64,000 bases of DNA from Octopus sinensis (Eukaryota), in assembly GCF_006345805.1 (NCBI RefSeq), contig NC_042998.1, positions 163,618,001 to 163,682,000 on the forward strand, in the 5' to 3' direction. The position numbers and the translations under genes were made by a program. The notes beneath the pieces are model-generated. The model saw only the letters and a list, made by a program, of their open reading frames with translations, searched no databases and was not told the DNA's origin. This document shows, piece by piece, positions 49,493-62,966 of this stretch (position 1 is the first letter of the stretch; every line of letters begins with the position of its first letter).

Positions 49493-52118
49493 TTTAGATA
49501 GTTTTCAGTATTTATTTGGTTTACAGTCAGATATTCCTGTGGTGAAGATACTTGAGTTAATCACCTTACAGTTTTTGTGGGTTTTTAAAATGTTTGTTTT
49601 TCTTCATATTTTTTAAGTATTCTACATTACTCTGCTTGCTTCAATCAATCCATCTTAAATGTCATAGCTGAGTGACTAGCATTACAAAACACCTGCCTCA
49701 GCAATGTCTTAATTTCTAGAACTATCCAGCATATCACTTCATATCCTTTCTTTGATAGATAGGTTATTCATAGGCACAGGCCACAAATTTGTACTTGCAT
49801 TTGTTCATGATCTTTTTGGGTCTGATAAAATAAGTACCAATCAAGAACTGAAAGTCAATAAACATTTATACCCATCCTCCAAGTTGGTAGTTTTTACCTT
49901 TTTTATAAAATGTTATTTTTAATAAAGTGGTCGAGGAAAATAATTTATACCCATAGACAGCTCTTAGAGGACCATCCAGGTTGTTTAAGAACAACTTGAA
50001 TGTCTGTTGTGGTGTCCATTGAGAAGCATGGTTAAGTTAGTTGAGAGTAAAACATTGGAGCAAATCATTTAAAACAGGTTCTTGGGATGAGGTGCTGTAA
50101 GGATGAGGAGATGCAGCTACATTAGGTGGGTATAGATGGCGGTAGTGTGCACAAAACTTGTTATTTCAGAGGGTCAGGAACCATTGTGGCAGCACTTGGC
50201 AAGCACTAACTAGTTAGTATCTATTTGGTTGCTTGACTTGTAATAAAAAGCAGCCAAGCCTTCATCAAATTATACCCTGTTCTCTATCTAAAAAATAGGC
50301 AGGATGGTCATGGCTGAACACCTTTGATCATATGTCTGTTCAGGTTTAGCCTAAGATTAAGCAACAACAAAAAGAAGGGAGACTCAGAAAAGATAAATAT
50401 ATTTAAATAAAATTATTTCCATTTAAAGAGGAAGCATGGAAACAGTGATACTCTTTGGAAATGGTATTTGAAATAAACATGGTATTCTATGGAAAAAAAA
50501 AATGATCTTCACTGAAAACATTCACACTCCATGATAATAATAGTACTCTGTGTTCTGAGTTCAAATTCCACCAATGTCAACTTTGTCTTTCATCCTTTCG
50601 GGGTCGATAAAATAGGTACCAACTGAGCATTTCGGGTGGGGTTAGGGGGAAAATGTATCAACTTACCCCACTCCCGAAATTGCTGACCTTGTGCCAAAAT
50701 CTGAAACTAATAAAAGTACAACTGTGTGAAAAACTGTTATTCTCTCTGAAAGCATTGATACTCCATGAAAGACAAAAGTTTCTATTATGTTGCGAAAAGC
50801 ATGTATATAAGATTCTTAGTCACTCTTTCACTTTACAATGTTCCTCTTTGTCCACTTCTTTTGTGCAACACACTTCATCCGGTCCCCCCCCCCACACACA
50901 CACATACACTATTCCACCAGAAAACACCTTTCTTTCCTCCATGCCACCTATCTCCCACTCCACCACCTGCTGTAGGTGGTGTTGTATTAAATGACGCATG
51001 CAAGACAAAATCCTTTTCATCATGATCATGATCATCATCGTTTTAACGACTGCTTCTCCATGCTTGTCTGGGTCAATTAGAATTTGTTCGGGATGCATGC
51101 AAAAAATTCCTTTTCATCACCATCATCATTGGCATCATCATCGATATCATCATCCTCGTCATCATCATTACCATTTTAATGGCCACTTTTCTATACTCAT
51201 AGGGGTTGGATGGAATTTGTTGAGGTGGATTTTTCTAAAGTTGGATGCCCTTCCTGTTGCCAACCCTCAGCTGATTGCAAGTAACATAGTACTTCCTCAT
51301 GACCAGACATATTTTCAAGGAAGATTGGAAACAAAGGACACTGCTTGCATATTGGTGATATTCATTTACAGCCATCGCACAAAGTCAAGACAAGGAGACA
51401 GTCACACACACACACACACTCACATGCATGCACTCACACATACACACACACACATATATATATGTGTCAGGATTCGTCCAGTTTCTACCTCCCAAATCCA
51501 CTTACAAGGCTTTGGCCAACACAGGACTATGATAGAAGATACTCATCCAAGGTACCACACAGCAAGAGTGATGCCATACAAATTGAAATATGTCACTTTC
51601 TTGGAGAAAGACAACACTTACCTGAATTATCGAAGTTCTTGCTATTAGGCCACTTCTATTATTTCTTAATGTTGCTTTTGCTACCTGTAAAAATCTATAT
51701 CCACTGATCAAAGCAAGGCTGTAGATGGCTTTGGTTTGCTGATGAGGTGAAATAAGACTGAAGCATGTCTGTAGCTATCAGATCACCAGCTGACAAACAT
51801 TTTCCTACGAAAAATAGAAATTCAGTTTTCTGTGAAATTAATTTTTAATTTCATGAAATTCTCTCACCCTTTTCTTCAAGAGTCACTGTTATTTATTGTT
51901 AGGTTTTTTTTGCTTTCCATCTCTTAACTAAATGGAAAATTTCAATTCATATCAATTTGTGTGTGTGTAAGCCATGGACATTTACTTGAATTATCTAAAT
52001 GGCCCACTTGAGTTATTTCCCTTAACTCACTTCTGCACTTAGACATATACTAGTATAGTTTGTATGAAGCATTGTCTGATTGGTGTATATATATATTGTG
52101 TGTGTGAGTATGTATATG

Positions 52119-52160
<42 letters not shown>

Positions 52161-55016
52161 CATACTTTCTCTCTCTCTCTCTCAATCTCTCTCTATTTAT
52201 CTGTGTGTGTGTGTGTGTGCGCCCTTCTCTCTCAAATTTCCATCTTGGAATGTTTTACTATCAAATTCACTTGTTCCTTCTCTCCACTCTTGCTGCTCCT
52301 TATTCTTACCTGTCTCCCTTTGACTTGCCTGGCTTTGACCTTCAATTGTACATTAGCAAAAAAGTGCCTGGGTGGGAGGAGATAACGTGAATGAAAGAAA
52401 TACTTCACATTGTTACTACTATTGCTCTTGTACTGTTGCTGAAGTTCTTTGCATCCTGTATGTTAATAACTGGTACCAACACTTCCACCATCGCCACCAA
52501 CAACAACATCACTACCATCATCATCATCACCATTACTATTGCTATATCTGCTGTTATCTGGACAAGCAATGTTTCAAAAATTCTCAGCCCCTTTTCTCTT
52601 TTTTATTGCTTTTTCTCCTCTCAAAATAATTATTATATCACTTCCCCCAACCGACTCTGTTTCTTTTTATTCCTTTATAATTACCTTTGTTCCTTTCTTT
52701 TATGTCCTGTATAGCATTTACATCCAGCCACTCCTCTCTCCGTCTCTCCCTCACGGTGTGGCCCCTTCTATCTTTCTCTCTCTTTTTCCCTCTCTCTTTT
52801 TGTATACCTTACTATCTTTCTCACCTCTTCTTTCTTTCCTTCACTCTCCTCTCTTTTTTCTTATTCTCTGTCTCTCTTTCTCTCTCTCTCTCTCCAAAGC
52901 TTGTATTGCTGCTCAATTTATTTGCCTTCTTTTTTTTGCAAATCATTATACCAGGTCTTATCTTTTGCTGTAATTACCATTGGGCTTATCGGTACATTGT
53001 GTAGAGTCTGTACCTTGATCCATACACTCAAGAACCCTTCCATTTTACCATTTTAAGCATCGCATTAGATCTATGACAAAATAAGGTCCAAGCAGTTGAT
53101 GGAGCAGATTCTTGAGCACTTAATTTACTCTCTCTAGTCACATATTGTTCACACTGCAGACATTGCAAGCTTTAATGTTTTAGCATTGTGGTTAATTTTT
53201 TTTCTCTTACATCAAACTTTTTAAATCATCAAGTTTTATACTGTAATCCTTTTATGGTTCCTTTTCACCATACAATTCAGTTCCATCTTGAACTGTATGT
53301 AAATCCAACAGTAGCAATGACCAACAATTATCCACAACAAATATATTGTAAAAAAGAACAGCACCAAGAAAGAATAGGAATAGTTTGTGGGAGCAAAATC
53401 AAGTTTTATTCTTGAATATATAAGAATGAATATGAGAGGACAAAAGGGTGAAGAAGTGAATTGAAAGGAAGTACTGTATGAGTACATGAGTATTTTGACC
53501 TTTGTACCACTGACTTGAGCCATAAAAATTTCACACATACTCATACACCCTTGTATTGACATATAACATATGTAGTTATAGACATTCTTGTTTTACAGCT
53601 ATTATTATTGTTGTTGCTAGTTGGTTATTCAAAAGGTGATGGGTTGGTAGAGTTGGCTATCTTGGTTATATTTGTTTTGGTGTGGATCAAAATGGAGATG
53701 GTAATGGCAGGGTTTATTATTCAGGGTTGCCAGAGTCATATTATTCTTGCTAATTGTATTGTTGTTGCTGTTTCAAGTCAATTGCCATTGATCTAGGATC
53801 AAAAGCATTTCACTCAGCATTAGAAATGCTCTAAGTTAGCACATTATCTGATGTAATTAATCTTCTATTTTAGATGAAGTTGCTTACCTTGTTCATTACC
53901 ATTGTTACTGGTCATTAACGAGCTGATGGATTGATAATCAGGCAGTGGTTGTATTAGTGTTTGTGGTAGATAATAGTGGTGGTGGAGATTGATTTGAGTG
54001 TATGTGTGTGTGTGTGTATGGCGAGAGAGAGACAGGGAAGTCAGTCAGTTATACTTTAGAATAAATGTAAGTAGGCAATCCCATAGCTTGAGTGAGTCCT
54101 AACATAGGGCATACCTGTAAAACCTATAAATGTGTGTGTGTGTCCTTGTCTTGACATTTGCCCATTGATAGTAAACAAAGCCAACATTGTACAAAGAGGG
54201 TATCATTTGTTTGCTATCTTCTGTGGAAACATGTCTGGCCATTGATCTGTTCCTGTTAAAAGGATTGGGGAAGTATTACTTTGCTTGGAAACAGGTGACT
54301 GGAAAAAACATTCAGCCACAGAAAATCAGCCATAACTAATTTTGTCTGACCATGCAAGTGTGAAAAAGTAGATTTTAAAAATGATGATGATGATGATGAT
54401 GACAACAATGTCGCCACCACTTATGACCATAACTTAATGAAATAAACATGTTAGACTTCATTGTGCAACATAGTGAAATAAATATGCCTTATTTTTTTAT
54501 TTCATGTGGCAAAATGAAAAAAGATGGGTTTTCCTTTTACAGTAAAATAAAACTGAGATATGTAATACTGTTAAACTGTGAAATAAAACTGAGATTTGTT
54601 GTTATGTTATACAGTGACTTAAATTTATGAAGTATTCTGTTAAACTGTTAAATACAGCTGTAAAACACATTCAGTTAATGCAATGGAATAAAAGTATACG
54701 ACTAATCTTGTTACCTAATACTCTTTTCTTTTACTCTTTTACTTGTTTCAGTCATTTGACTGTGGCCATGCTGGAGCACCGCTTTTAGTTGAACAAATCG
54801 ACCCCAGGACTTATTCTTTGTAAACCTAGTACTAATTCGATTGGTGTCTTTTGCCGAACTGCTAAGTTACGAGGACGTAAACACACCAGCATCGGTTGTC
54901 AAGCAATGTTGGGGGGACAAACACAGACACACAAACATATACACACACACACGCATATATATATATATATAAGGATGGACTTGGTGCTAACTTAACTGTA
55001 TCTATTTTTTATTATA

Positions 55017-55085
<69 letters not shown>

Positions 55086-55435
55086 TAATAGTAATTTTTA
55101 TTAACTTTTATAGCTTTAGAATCTTATGAACTGTACCACGGATTTAATTATTATTTTTCATCTCCATATATGTTAGCCTTTTTTTTATATATATATAAAA
55201 AAAAACTATTAGCCAAATATGTATAATATCGGTACTTATTGATATTAATATATACACTATTATATATTTTGTTTTATTTTGTTCTGTTTACCTTCCTTTT
55301 TTGTACAAATGTGTATTATATTATATAAGTGTAGCTTTATGATGTATAAGTTTTTATATTTTACATTTTTATATTTTATATTTATATGTATATGATTGTA
55401 TAATATTTTTCACTATTATAACAAATTTAATTTAA

Positions 55436-55545
55436 TTCTCTGAAGAGGCCGTGGGGCATCCTTGTTAATGCCTCATTTATACCTGCCTTTATGGCTTATA
55501 GGTTAAATGAGGTATGACTGTCCTCACTGCCGAAACAGCTGTCAG
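55436..55545 (+). ncRNA. Type I hammerhead ribozyme motif (PLE/retrozyme-like), near intact
   Basis: ttct-CTGAAGA (55440-55446), 85-nt stem II ggccgtgggg...cctcactgcc, GAAAC (55532-55536), palindromic AGCT, GTC cleavage triplet (55541-55543), then ag pairing with ct upstream. Confidence 0.7.
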
Positions 55546-56942
55546 TTTTGATTTATTTGCATATTATATTTGAAATTTTTTACTTATATCTCTTTATCTT
55601 GTTACTATTACTGTATATCTCATTTCATTTTATGTATTGCCTTTACTCATATGTAATGGTGTATTAAAGTATGGATTGAGTATCATCGGATAGTTGATGT
55701 TTTACTGATTTAAGTATATTTCTCCATTCTCTAATTTTGTAGTATTAATTTACGGTAATATTATTACCTTTACCCATATAATGCAAAAGATGAACTGATT
55801 GTTTGACAATTTTTAACATCTATGTATTAATTTTGTTGGGTACCTATCTAGCAGTATATTGGATATATATTATCCCATGGTGGGTTGAATTTTCAACCCC
55901 TATCTCATTTTATAACCTATATATATATATATATATATACATATATACGACGGGCTTCTTTCAGTTTCCGTCTACCAAATCCACTCACAAAGCTTTGGTC
56001 GGCCTGAGGCTATAGTAGAAGACACTTGCCCAAGGTGCCATGCAGTGGGACTGAACTCGGAACCATGTGGTTGGTAAGCAAGTTACTTACCACACAGCCA
56101 CTCCTACACCTATATGAAAGACATGCTAGAAATAACAGCCAAAAATCTTCTTCAAATCACATCATACACTCTTACAGTAGAGAAAGACACATCAGATAAT
56201 GTAGTGCTAGATAACCAACCCTAAAAAGATAGTATGGTCACACCTAGAATGTCTTTGATCAAGGTTGATATTGGACTGTACAAAATGAGACGACAGTATT
56301 TGTGAGTATTAACCGACCAGTTTGTGTTATATTCATGTTGTTGTCGAGAGAACAGCTTAACTTGTACAGTTAGGCACTGTTGAGATGTATTCCTGCTGTC
56401 TAATGAATTTACCAGGACTTCCATATGATTCTAGATAGGTGGGTGGGGGAAGAGGGGGAGGGCTGTGACGGTGCGATAACATGCGAAAAAGCGTTGGTGC
56501 TGAGCATGCTTAATCATTGACAGCCAAAGGAAATGCTCTCGTCAACAATCCTAACGATCACTTGCCAACACCTGTAGGTCCACTGATTACAACCTTTCTT
56601 CATCCTTATGATCTTAAGTCAAGGAAAAAATCCCCCTCCCTTGCTTTCTCTTCACACACACCCCCACTTCCTAACTAACCCCTGCAGAAAACCTTCTTGG
56701 TGCCACATCAAATGGAAGGATCAAGAAAATCAAAAGAGGACTCTCTATACTTTCTGTGTATGTGTGTGTGTGCACGTGCACATAAATGTGTGTGTGTGTG
56801 TGTGTGTAATGGTACAAAGTGCAGATTTTAAGAAGCAATTATCCTATTTCTCTTACCCATTTATTTGATGTTGCTGATTTCAGCTGTCTTGTTCCTTAGC
56901 CATATGTAAGTGTGTGTGTGTATGTATGTATGTATATGTATG

Positions 56943-56984
<42 letters not shown>

Positions 56985-57279
56985 GACACACAAACATGTG
57001 TATAAGCACATGCAAACATCATTGGGTTTACATGTCAGTATGTGTACGTGTGTATTCCTGTACATTCCTGTTATAATATTTGTATCTATGTATATCTCTG
57101 TGCGACTGTGTGTGTGTGCTTATATGTTTGTGTACACACACACACACATACACCTGACAATGTTTGCATATACATGTCCATTTGTATGTGTATGTATTCC
57201 AGTACCAGTAGATCCTTAGCTCATGCAACCATATATATGTATGAATGTATATATATATATATCTATATATATATATAAT

Positions 57280-57321
<42 letters not shown>

Positions 57322-58178
57322 AATATGTGTGTATGTATGCATATAAATGTATGTTTGTATATGTGTGTATGTATGCATATAAATGTATGTTTGTATATAT
57401 GTGTATGTATATTCATATATATATATATATATATATGTATGTATATATGGAAAGAGAGAGAAACTGACAGACAGTTAGATCTCATTCCAACTCTGTAATT
57501 AATGTATGTGTTTGTATATTCCTGTATCTGGTGATGGATGGAAGCCTCTCTTATCTCATTGTTAGACAAAGTGCAGCTATCTACTTCTGGTTGCCTTTGT
57601 AGTAGATTGTTTTGTAATTTTGTGACAAACTGCAGAAGTGGAATTGGCACATTAGAACATGAGAACACAGCCTGGTGTGGAAATGGTAGAAGACATCTGT
57701 GAAAGAGAGAGAAGATTTGGTATGTGTAATGAAGGTTGTCTTAATGTATCATCATTTTAGGACATTGTGTATGTGTGCGTGTCTGAGAGTTTATGAATTT
57801 GTGTAAGTGTATGTATATTGATGGTAGTGTGTGTGTGAGAGAGAGAGACTGAGAGTGTGTGTGTGTTTTTGATGCATATTTTGCTGTGTTGTAATACCTT
57901 TCTCTCTACATGTGTGTATGTGTGTGTGTATGCATGATGCATGAGATGTGCATAGAAGTTTGAATATGTCTTTGTGGTGAGTGTGTATGTATGTATTTAC
58001 ATGTGCTTATGTATACGTGTGCACATGTGTGTGTGTGTGTTTACATACATAATACACACACACATTCTTTTATGTTGCTGTATGTCAGGTATCAGTTCAA
58101 GATACATACAAACACACAATTCTTGCAGAGTGTTTTTGAGGTGTTGATATTCATCCATCCATCCATCCATCCATCTAT

Positions 58179-58209
<31 letters not shown>

Positions 58210-58335
58210 TATAGAGAGAGAGATATATATATATGGATATATATATATATGTATATACATGTATGTGTGTGAATATTTATACATATATATATATATGTAT
58301 ATACATACATATATGTATGTGTGTATATATCTATC

Positions 58336-58370
<35 letters not shown>

Positions 58371-58794
58371 ATGTATATATATACACGTGTATGTGTATGC
58401 ATGTATACCTAATTATTTTAAGATTTGTGCATTCATGCTGCTATGGGTTAGATTGTCCATGTAACTCATTGAAGTCTAATCTAACTTCTTTTATCCCACA
58501 TCATCTCGAAATAAGTAGCTACTTCAGACCTTCTGCCATCCATTTATGGAGTTTTATCACCTAGCATGTATCATCAAGAACACTACAAGTAAATACCAAT
58601 ACAACAATCATCTTTCCCAGATCTTCAGTCAGTTTTTTAACTTGTTTGTAGGTTTAGAGTCTAGTTGCAATCTACCAGTCAGTTGATTCTGTTTTGGTTG
58701 CTTCAGATTCTCTCTATAATATGCTGTCTTCATTTCCCTGAAGGCAGTTAGCTGGCTGAATTGTTAGCAGGCTGGACTCAATGCTTAGTGGCAT

Positions 58795-59170
58795 TTTATT
58801 CATATTGCAGTTCTGAAGTTTAAATTTTGCTGGTGTCAACTTTACCTTTCATCTTTTCAGTATCAATAAAATAAGTCAAAGTAATTGACTAATCCCTAAC
58901 CCCAAACCTGACACAATACTTGGCAGCATTTCATCCATCTTTCCATTCTGAAGTTCAAATTTCACTGGGATTGACTTTACCTTTCACCATTTCACAATCA
59001 GTAAAATAAGCCGAAGTAATTGACATATCCCCAAACCCAAAACTGATGCAATACTTGACAGCATTTAATCCATCTTTCCATTATGAAGTTTAAATTTCAC
59101 TTGGGTTTACTTCACCTATCACCCTTTCAGAATCAGTAAAATAAGCCAAAGTAATTGACTTGCCCCTGAC
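58795..59170 (+). repeat. Three tandem 135-bp units derived from SINE family B
   Basis: Marker ataag.c.aagtaattgac at 58871, 59006 and 59141. Confidence 0.8.
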
Positions 59171-60104
59171 TCTGAAACTGCTGACCCTATTCCAAAATTT
59201 GAACCATTATAGGCAGCAAGCTGGCAGAATTGTTACTCTGCTAGAAAAAAGTGCTGAGTGCATTTTTTCTGACTTTACATTATGAGTTCAAATGCTGTCA
59301 GGGTTGACTTTGCTTTCCATCCTTGTGGGGTCAGTAAAATATGTACCACTTGAGCACTGGGGTTGACGTATTGCTGGCTGCATGCCAAAATTCAAAACCA
59401 ATTCTTTTATTCTTTTATTTGTTTCAGTCATTTGACTGTGGCTAAGCTGGAACACTGCCTTTAATCAAACAAATCAACCCCAGGACTTATTCTTTGTAAG
59501 CCTAGTACTTATTCCATTGGTCTCTCTTTTCGGACAGCTCAGTTACAGGGACCTAAACACATCAACATTGGTTGTCAAGCGATAGTGGGGGAGACAAACA
59601 CAGACACACACATACATACATATATATATATACCAAATCCACTCACTCATTTCATTTAATGCCCTCCTTTTTTCTGTTTGTATGAATCAGATAGAATTTG
59701 TTGAAGCAGATTTTCTTCACCCAGATATCCTTCCTGTCACTCACCTAATCTACTTCTATGTAAAATAATATTTCTCTGTGACCAGACATGTTCTTCATGG
59801 AAGACTAAAAATGAACTACATTGCTTGTATAATAATAATGTTCATTTGCAACTGTCCTATGATCACAAGGGTAAGCACAAATATACACACACACTCGTGT
59901 ACATACATACATATACATATATACAGGGGCATTTGGATAAAGTAGGTAGTCTAGCAGTTTGCTAATATTAGGCTGCAAGCTAAGACTTGAGCAACTCCAG
60001 CTAGGCCAACTGTGCAAAGAGGTATGCTGTTGAAAGAGCCCAAACCATCTGAGACCCAAGAAACATCACTGCATCCCAGAGCAACTGCAAGTTGTCATAC
60101 GACT

Positions 60105-60545
60105 CCAGGTTCAGATTCACAGCATGGCACCTTGGGCAAGTGTCTTCTATAGCCTCAGGCTAACCAAAGCTTTGCGAGTAGATTTGGTAGACAAATACTG
60201 AAAGATGACCATTGTACATATATATATAGAGATGAACACCGTTCCTCCATGTGACTGTCTTGAATAATTGTTAGGATATTAAGACATTTTTTCTTAACAT
60301 TAAACCAAATGTAGCCTTAATACACAAAGAAATTCTATCCACCAATGTAGTGTTGAGCACTCATTCTCATCATTCGTATGTGTGTCTGTGTTTATGTCCC
60401 CGTAACTTAGCAGTTTGGCAAAAGAGACTGATAGAATAAGTACTAGGCTTACAAAGAATAAGTCCTGGGGCCAATTTGCTCAACTAAAGGCAGTGCTCCA
60501 GCATGGCCGCAGTCAAATGACTGAAACAAGTAAAAGAGTAAAAAG
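60105..60545 (+). mobile_element. SINE family A copy
   Basis: Same head, body and tail (aaggcagtgctccagcatggccgcagtcaaatgactgaaacaagtaaaagag). Confidence 0.85.
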
Positions 60546-61308
60546 AGAGTACAGTAAATACACACACACACACACTCACTTATGTATGCATACATGTATT
60601 ATTTATATGCACACACACGCACTTCACAGAGATTATATTTTGCATGAGAATTCCATCATCAACAGAGGTATAAATTCCCAAATCTCTTTCCATGGCCATT
60701 ATATAATGACACAAGCTCTATTTCCCAAAGTCATAGAGTTTGTCCATTAATTCCAGTGAGCAATCTGAACAATCTTTGGTCTTCACTCCATGTCTGCTAA
60801 CACCCTTACTTGTACACATGCTGTTACATCTGATGAGTCTATAACTATTGTCAGCTTGCCAAGGATGCATGTTATATGGTGGCTAAAATTATCTTTCCGT
60901 CAGTTTATCTCGCTCACTCTCTTTCTCTCTAGCTTTCTATCTATTCTAGATAGACAGAAATGTTTGCATCTATTTCTTTTACCTAAATAGAGAAGAAGAG
61001 AAAAGGTGAACTATTCCACATGATGAAAAGCAGTAAGAGAGGGGAGGATGACATAATATGGGAATAATACAAAGATGCTATTCTTTTATTTGTTTCAGTC
61101 ATTTGACTGTGGCCATGCTGGAGCACCACATTCAAGGGGTTTTAGTGAAACAAATTGCCCCTAGGACTTATTTTTTGTAAGCCTAGTACTTATTCTGTCG
61201 GTCTCTTTTGCTGAACTCCTAAGTTATGGGGACATAAACACACCAGCATTGGTTGTCAAGTGATGGCAGGACAATGACACACATGCACAAATATATATAT
61301 ATATATAT

Positions 61309-62966
61309 GTATATTTATAAGTTGAGAGAAAGAGATAGTGTGAAAAAAGGTCAGTGGAATTTTGGAAAAACATTTATTTATTTATTCATTATTGTTCGTG
61401 CTTTCATTCATTTTTCAAACAGAGTGTTGTCTCTGTTAGTTTAAAATCTTCGACTTCAAGACCAGCTTCTCCTTTTGTTGAGGTTTGAATTTATTAGCTG
61501 CTTGGATACACATGGTGGATGCCACAAGGGCACATTAAACTAAGAGAGACAACATTTGTATATCACCTGAGGAAACACAGCTGGATCTCATTATGCAAAC
61601 AAACAGTTGCATAATCAAACCAAGGACTTATTCTTTGTAAGCCTAGTACATATTTTACCTATCTCTTTGATGAACTGCTAGGTTATGGGAATGTAAGCAC
61701 ACAAACACCAGTTGTCAAGTGGTGATGGTGGACAAAGACACAGAGACAAACACACACATCAAGAGAACAGTGATTTACACATCCAAGTTTTTGTTACACA
61801 GTTAATCACATCTTTCTTTGTCAGGGCCTATGCATGTTTCTGCTGCAAACCAGTGCACACTGCAAATTGTGCATCTTGATGTTAATTACCAGTGCTGTTT
61901 CATCAGGGTCATATTTAACTATAGTTCAAATATTATGTGAATAAAGAATATGTATATAATAGAACAGTGATACAACAGAGTACCAATATTTACTGGAAAT
62001 AGCAGTCAATAATATACGACGCTATAGTAAAGCTTCATTGTATAAATATACTGGCAAAAATGATGGTGCTTTGTTTTACTGGGAAGCAATACTACTGTAT
62101 TGCACTATTTAATAAATTTTTCTTTGTATATATATATATATATATATATGTATATTTATAAGTTGAGAGAAAGAGATAGTGTGAAAAAAGGTCAGTGGAA
62201 TTTTGGAAAAACATTTATTTATTTATTCATTATTGTTCGTGCTTTCATTCATTTTTCAAACAGAGTGTTGTCTCTGTTAGTTTAAAATCTTCGACTTCAA
62301 GACCAGCTTCTCCTTTTGTTGAGGTTTGAATTTATTAGCTGCTTGGATACACATGGTGGATGCCACAAGGGCACATTAAACTAAGAGAGACAACATTTGT
62401 ATATCACCTGAGGAAACACAGCTGGATCTCATTATGCAAACAAACAGTTGCATAATCAAACCAAGGACTTATTCTTTGTAAGCCTAGTACATATTTTACC
62501 TATCTCTTTGATGAACTGCTAGGTTATGGGAATGTAAGCACACAAACACCAGTTGTCAAGTGGTGATGGTGGACAAAGACACAGAGACAAACACACACAT
62601 CAAGAGAACAGTGATTTACACATCCAAGTTTTTGTTACACAGTTAATCACATCTTTCTTTGTCAGGGCCTATGCATGTTTCTGCTGCAAACCAGTGCACA
62701 CTGCAATTGTGCATCTTGATGTTAATTACCAGTGCTGTTTCATCAGGGTCATATTTAACTATAGTTCAAATATTATGTGAATAAAGAATATGTATATAAT
62801 AGAACAGTGATACAACAGAGTACCAATATTTACTGGAAATAGCAGTCAATAATATACGACGCTATAGTAAAGCTTCATTGTATAAATATACTGGCAAAAA
62901 TGATGGTGCTTTGTTTTACTGGGAAGCAATACTACTGTATTGCACTATTTAATAAATTTTTCTTTG
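61309..62966 (+). repeat. Near-identical tandem duplication (61309-62126 and 62150-62966; period 841/840)
   Basis: Copies bounded by (TA)n; the only difference noticed is tgcaaattg versus tgcaattg. Confidence 0.95.

Noticed and set aside
57480-57668. Minus-strand open frame FVTKLQNNLLQRQPEVDS with a ctgcAG acceptor
   Set aside because: No convincing donor; the frame runs into a microsatellite.
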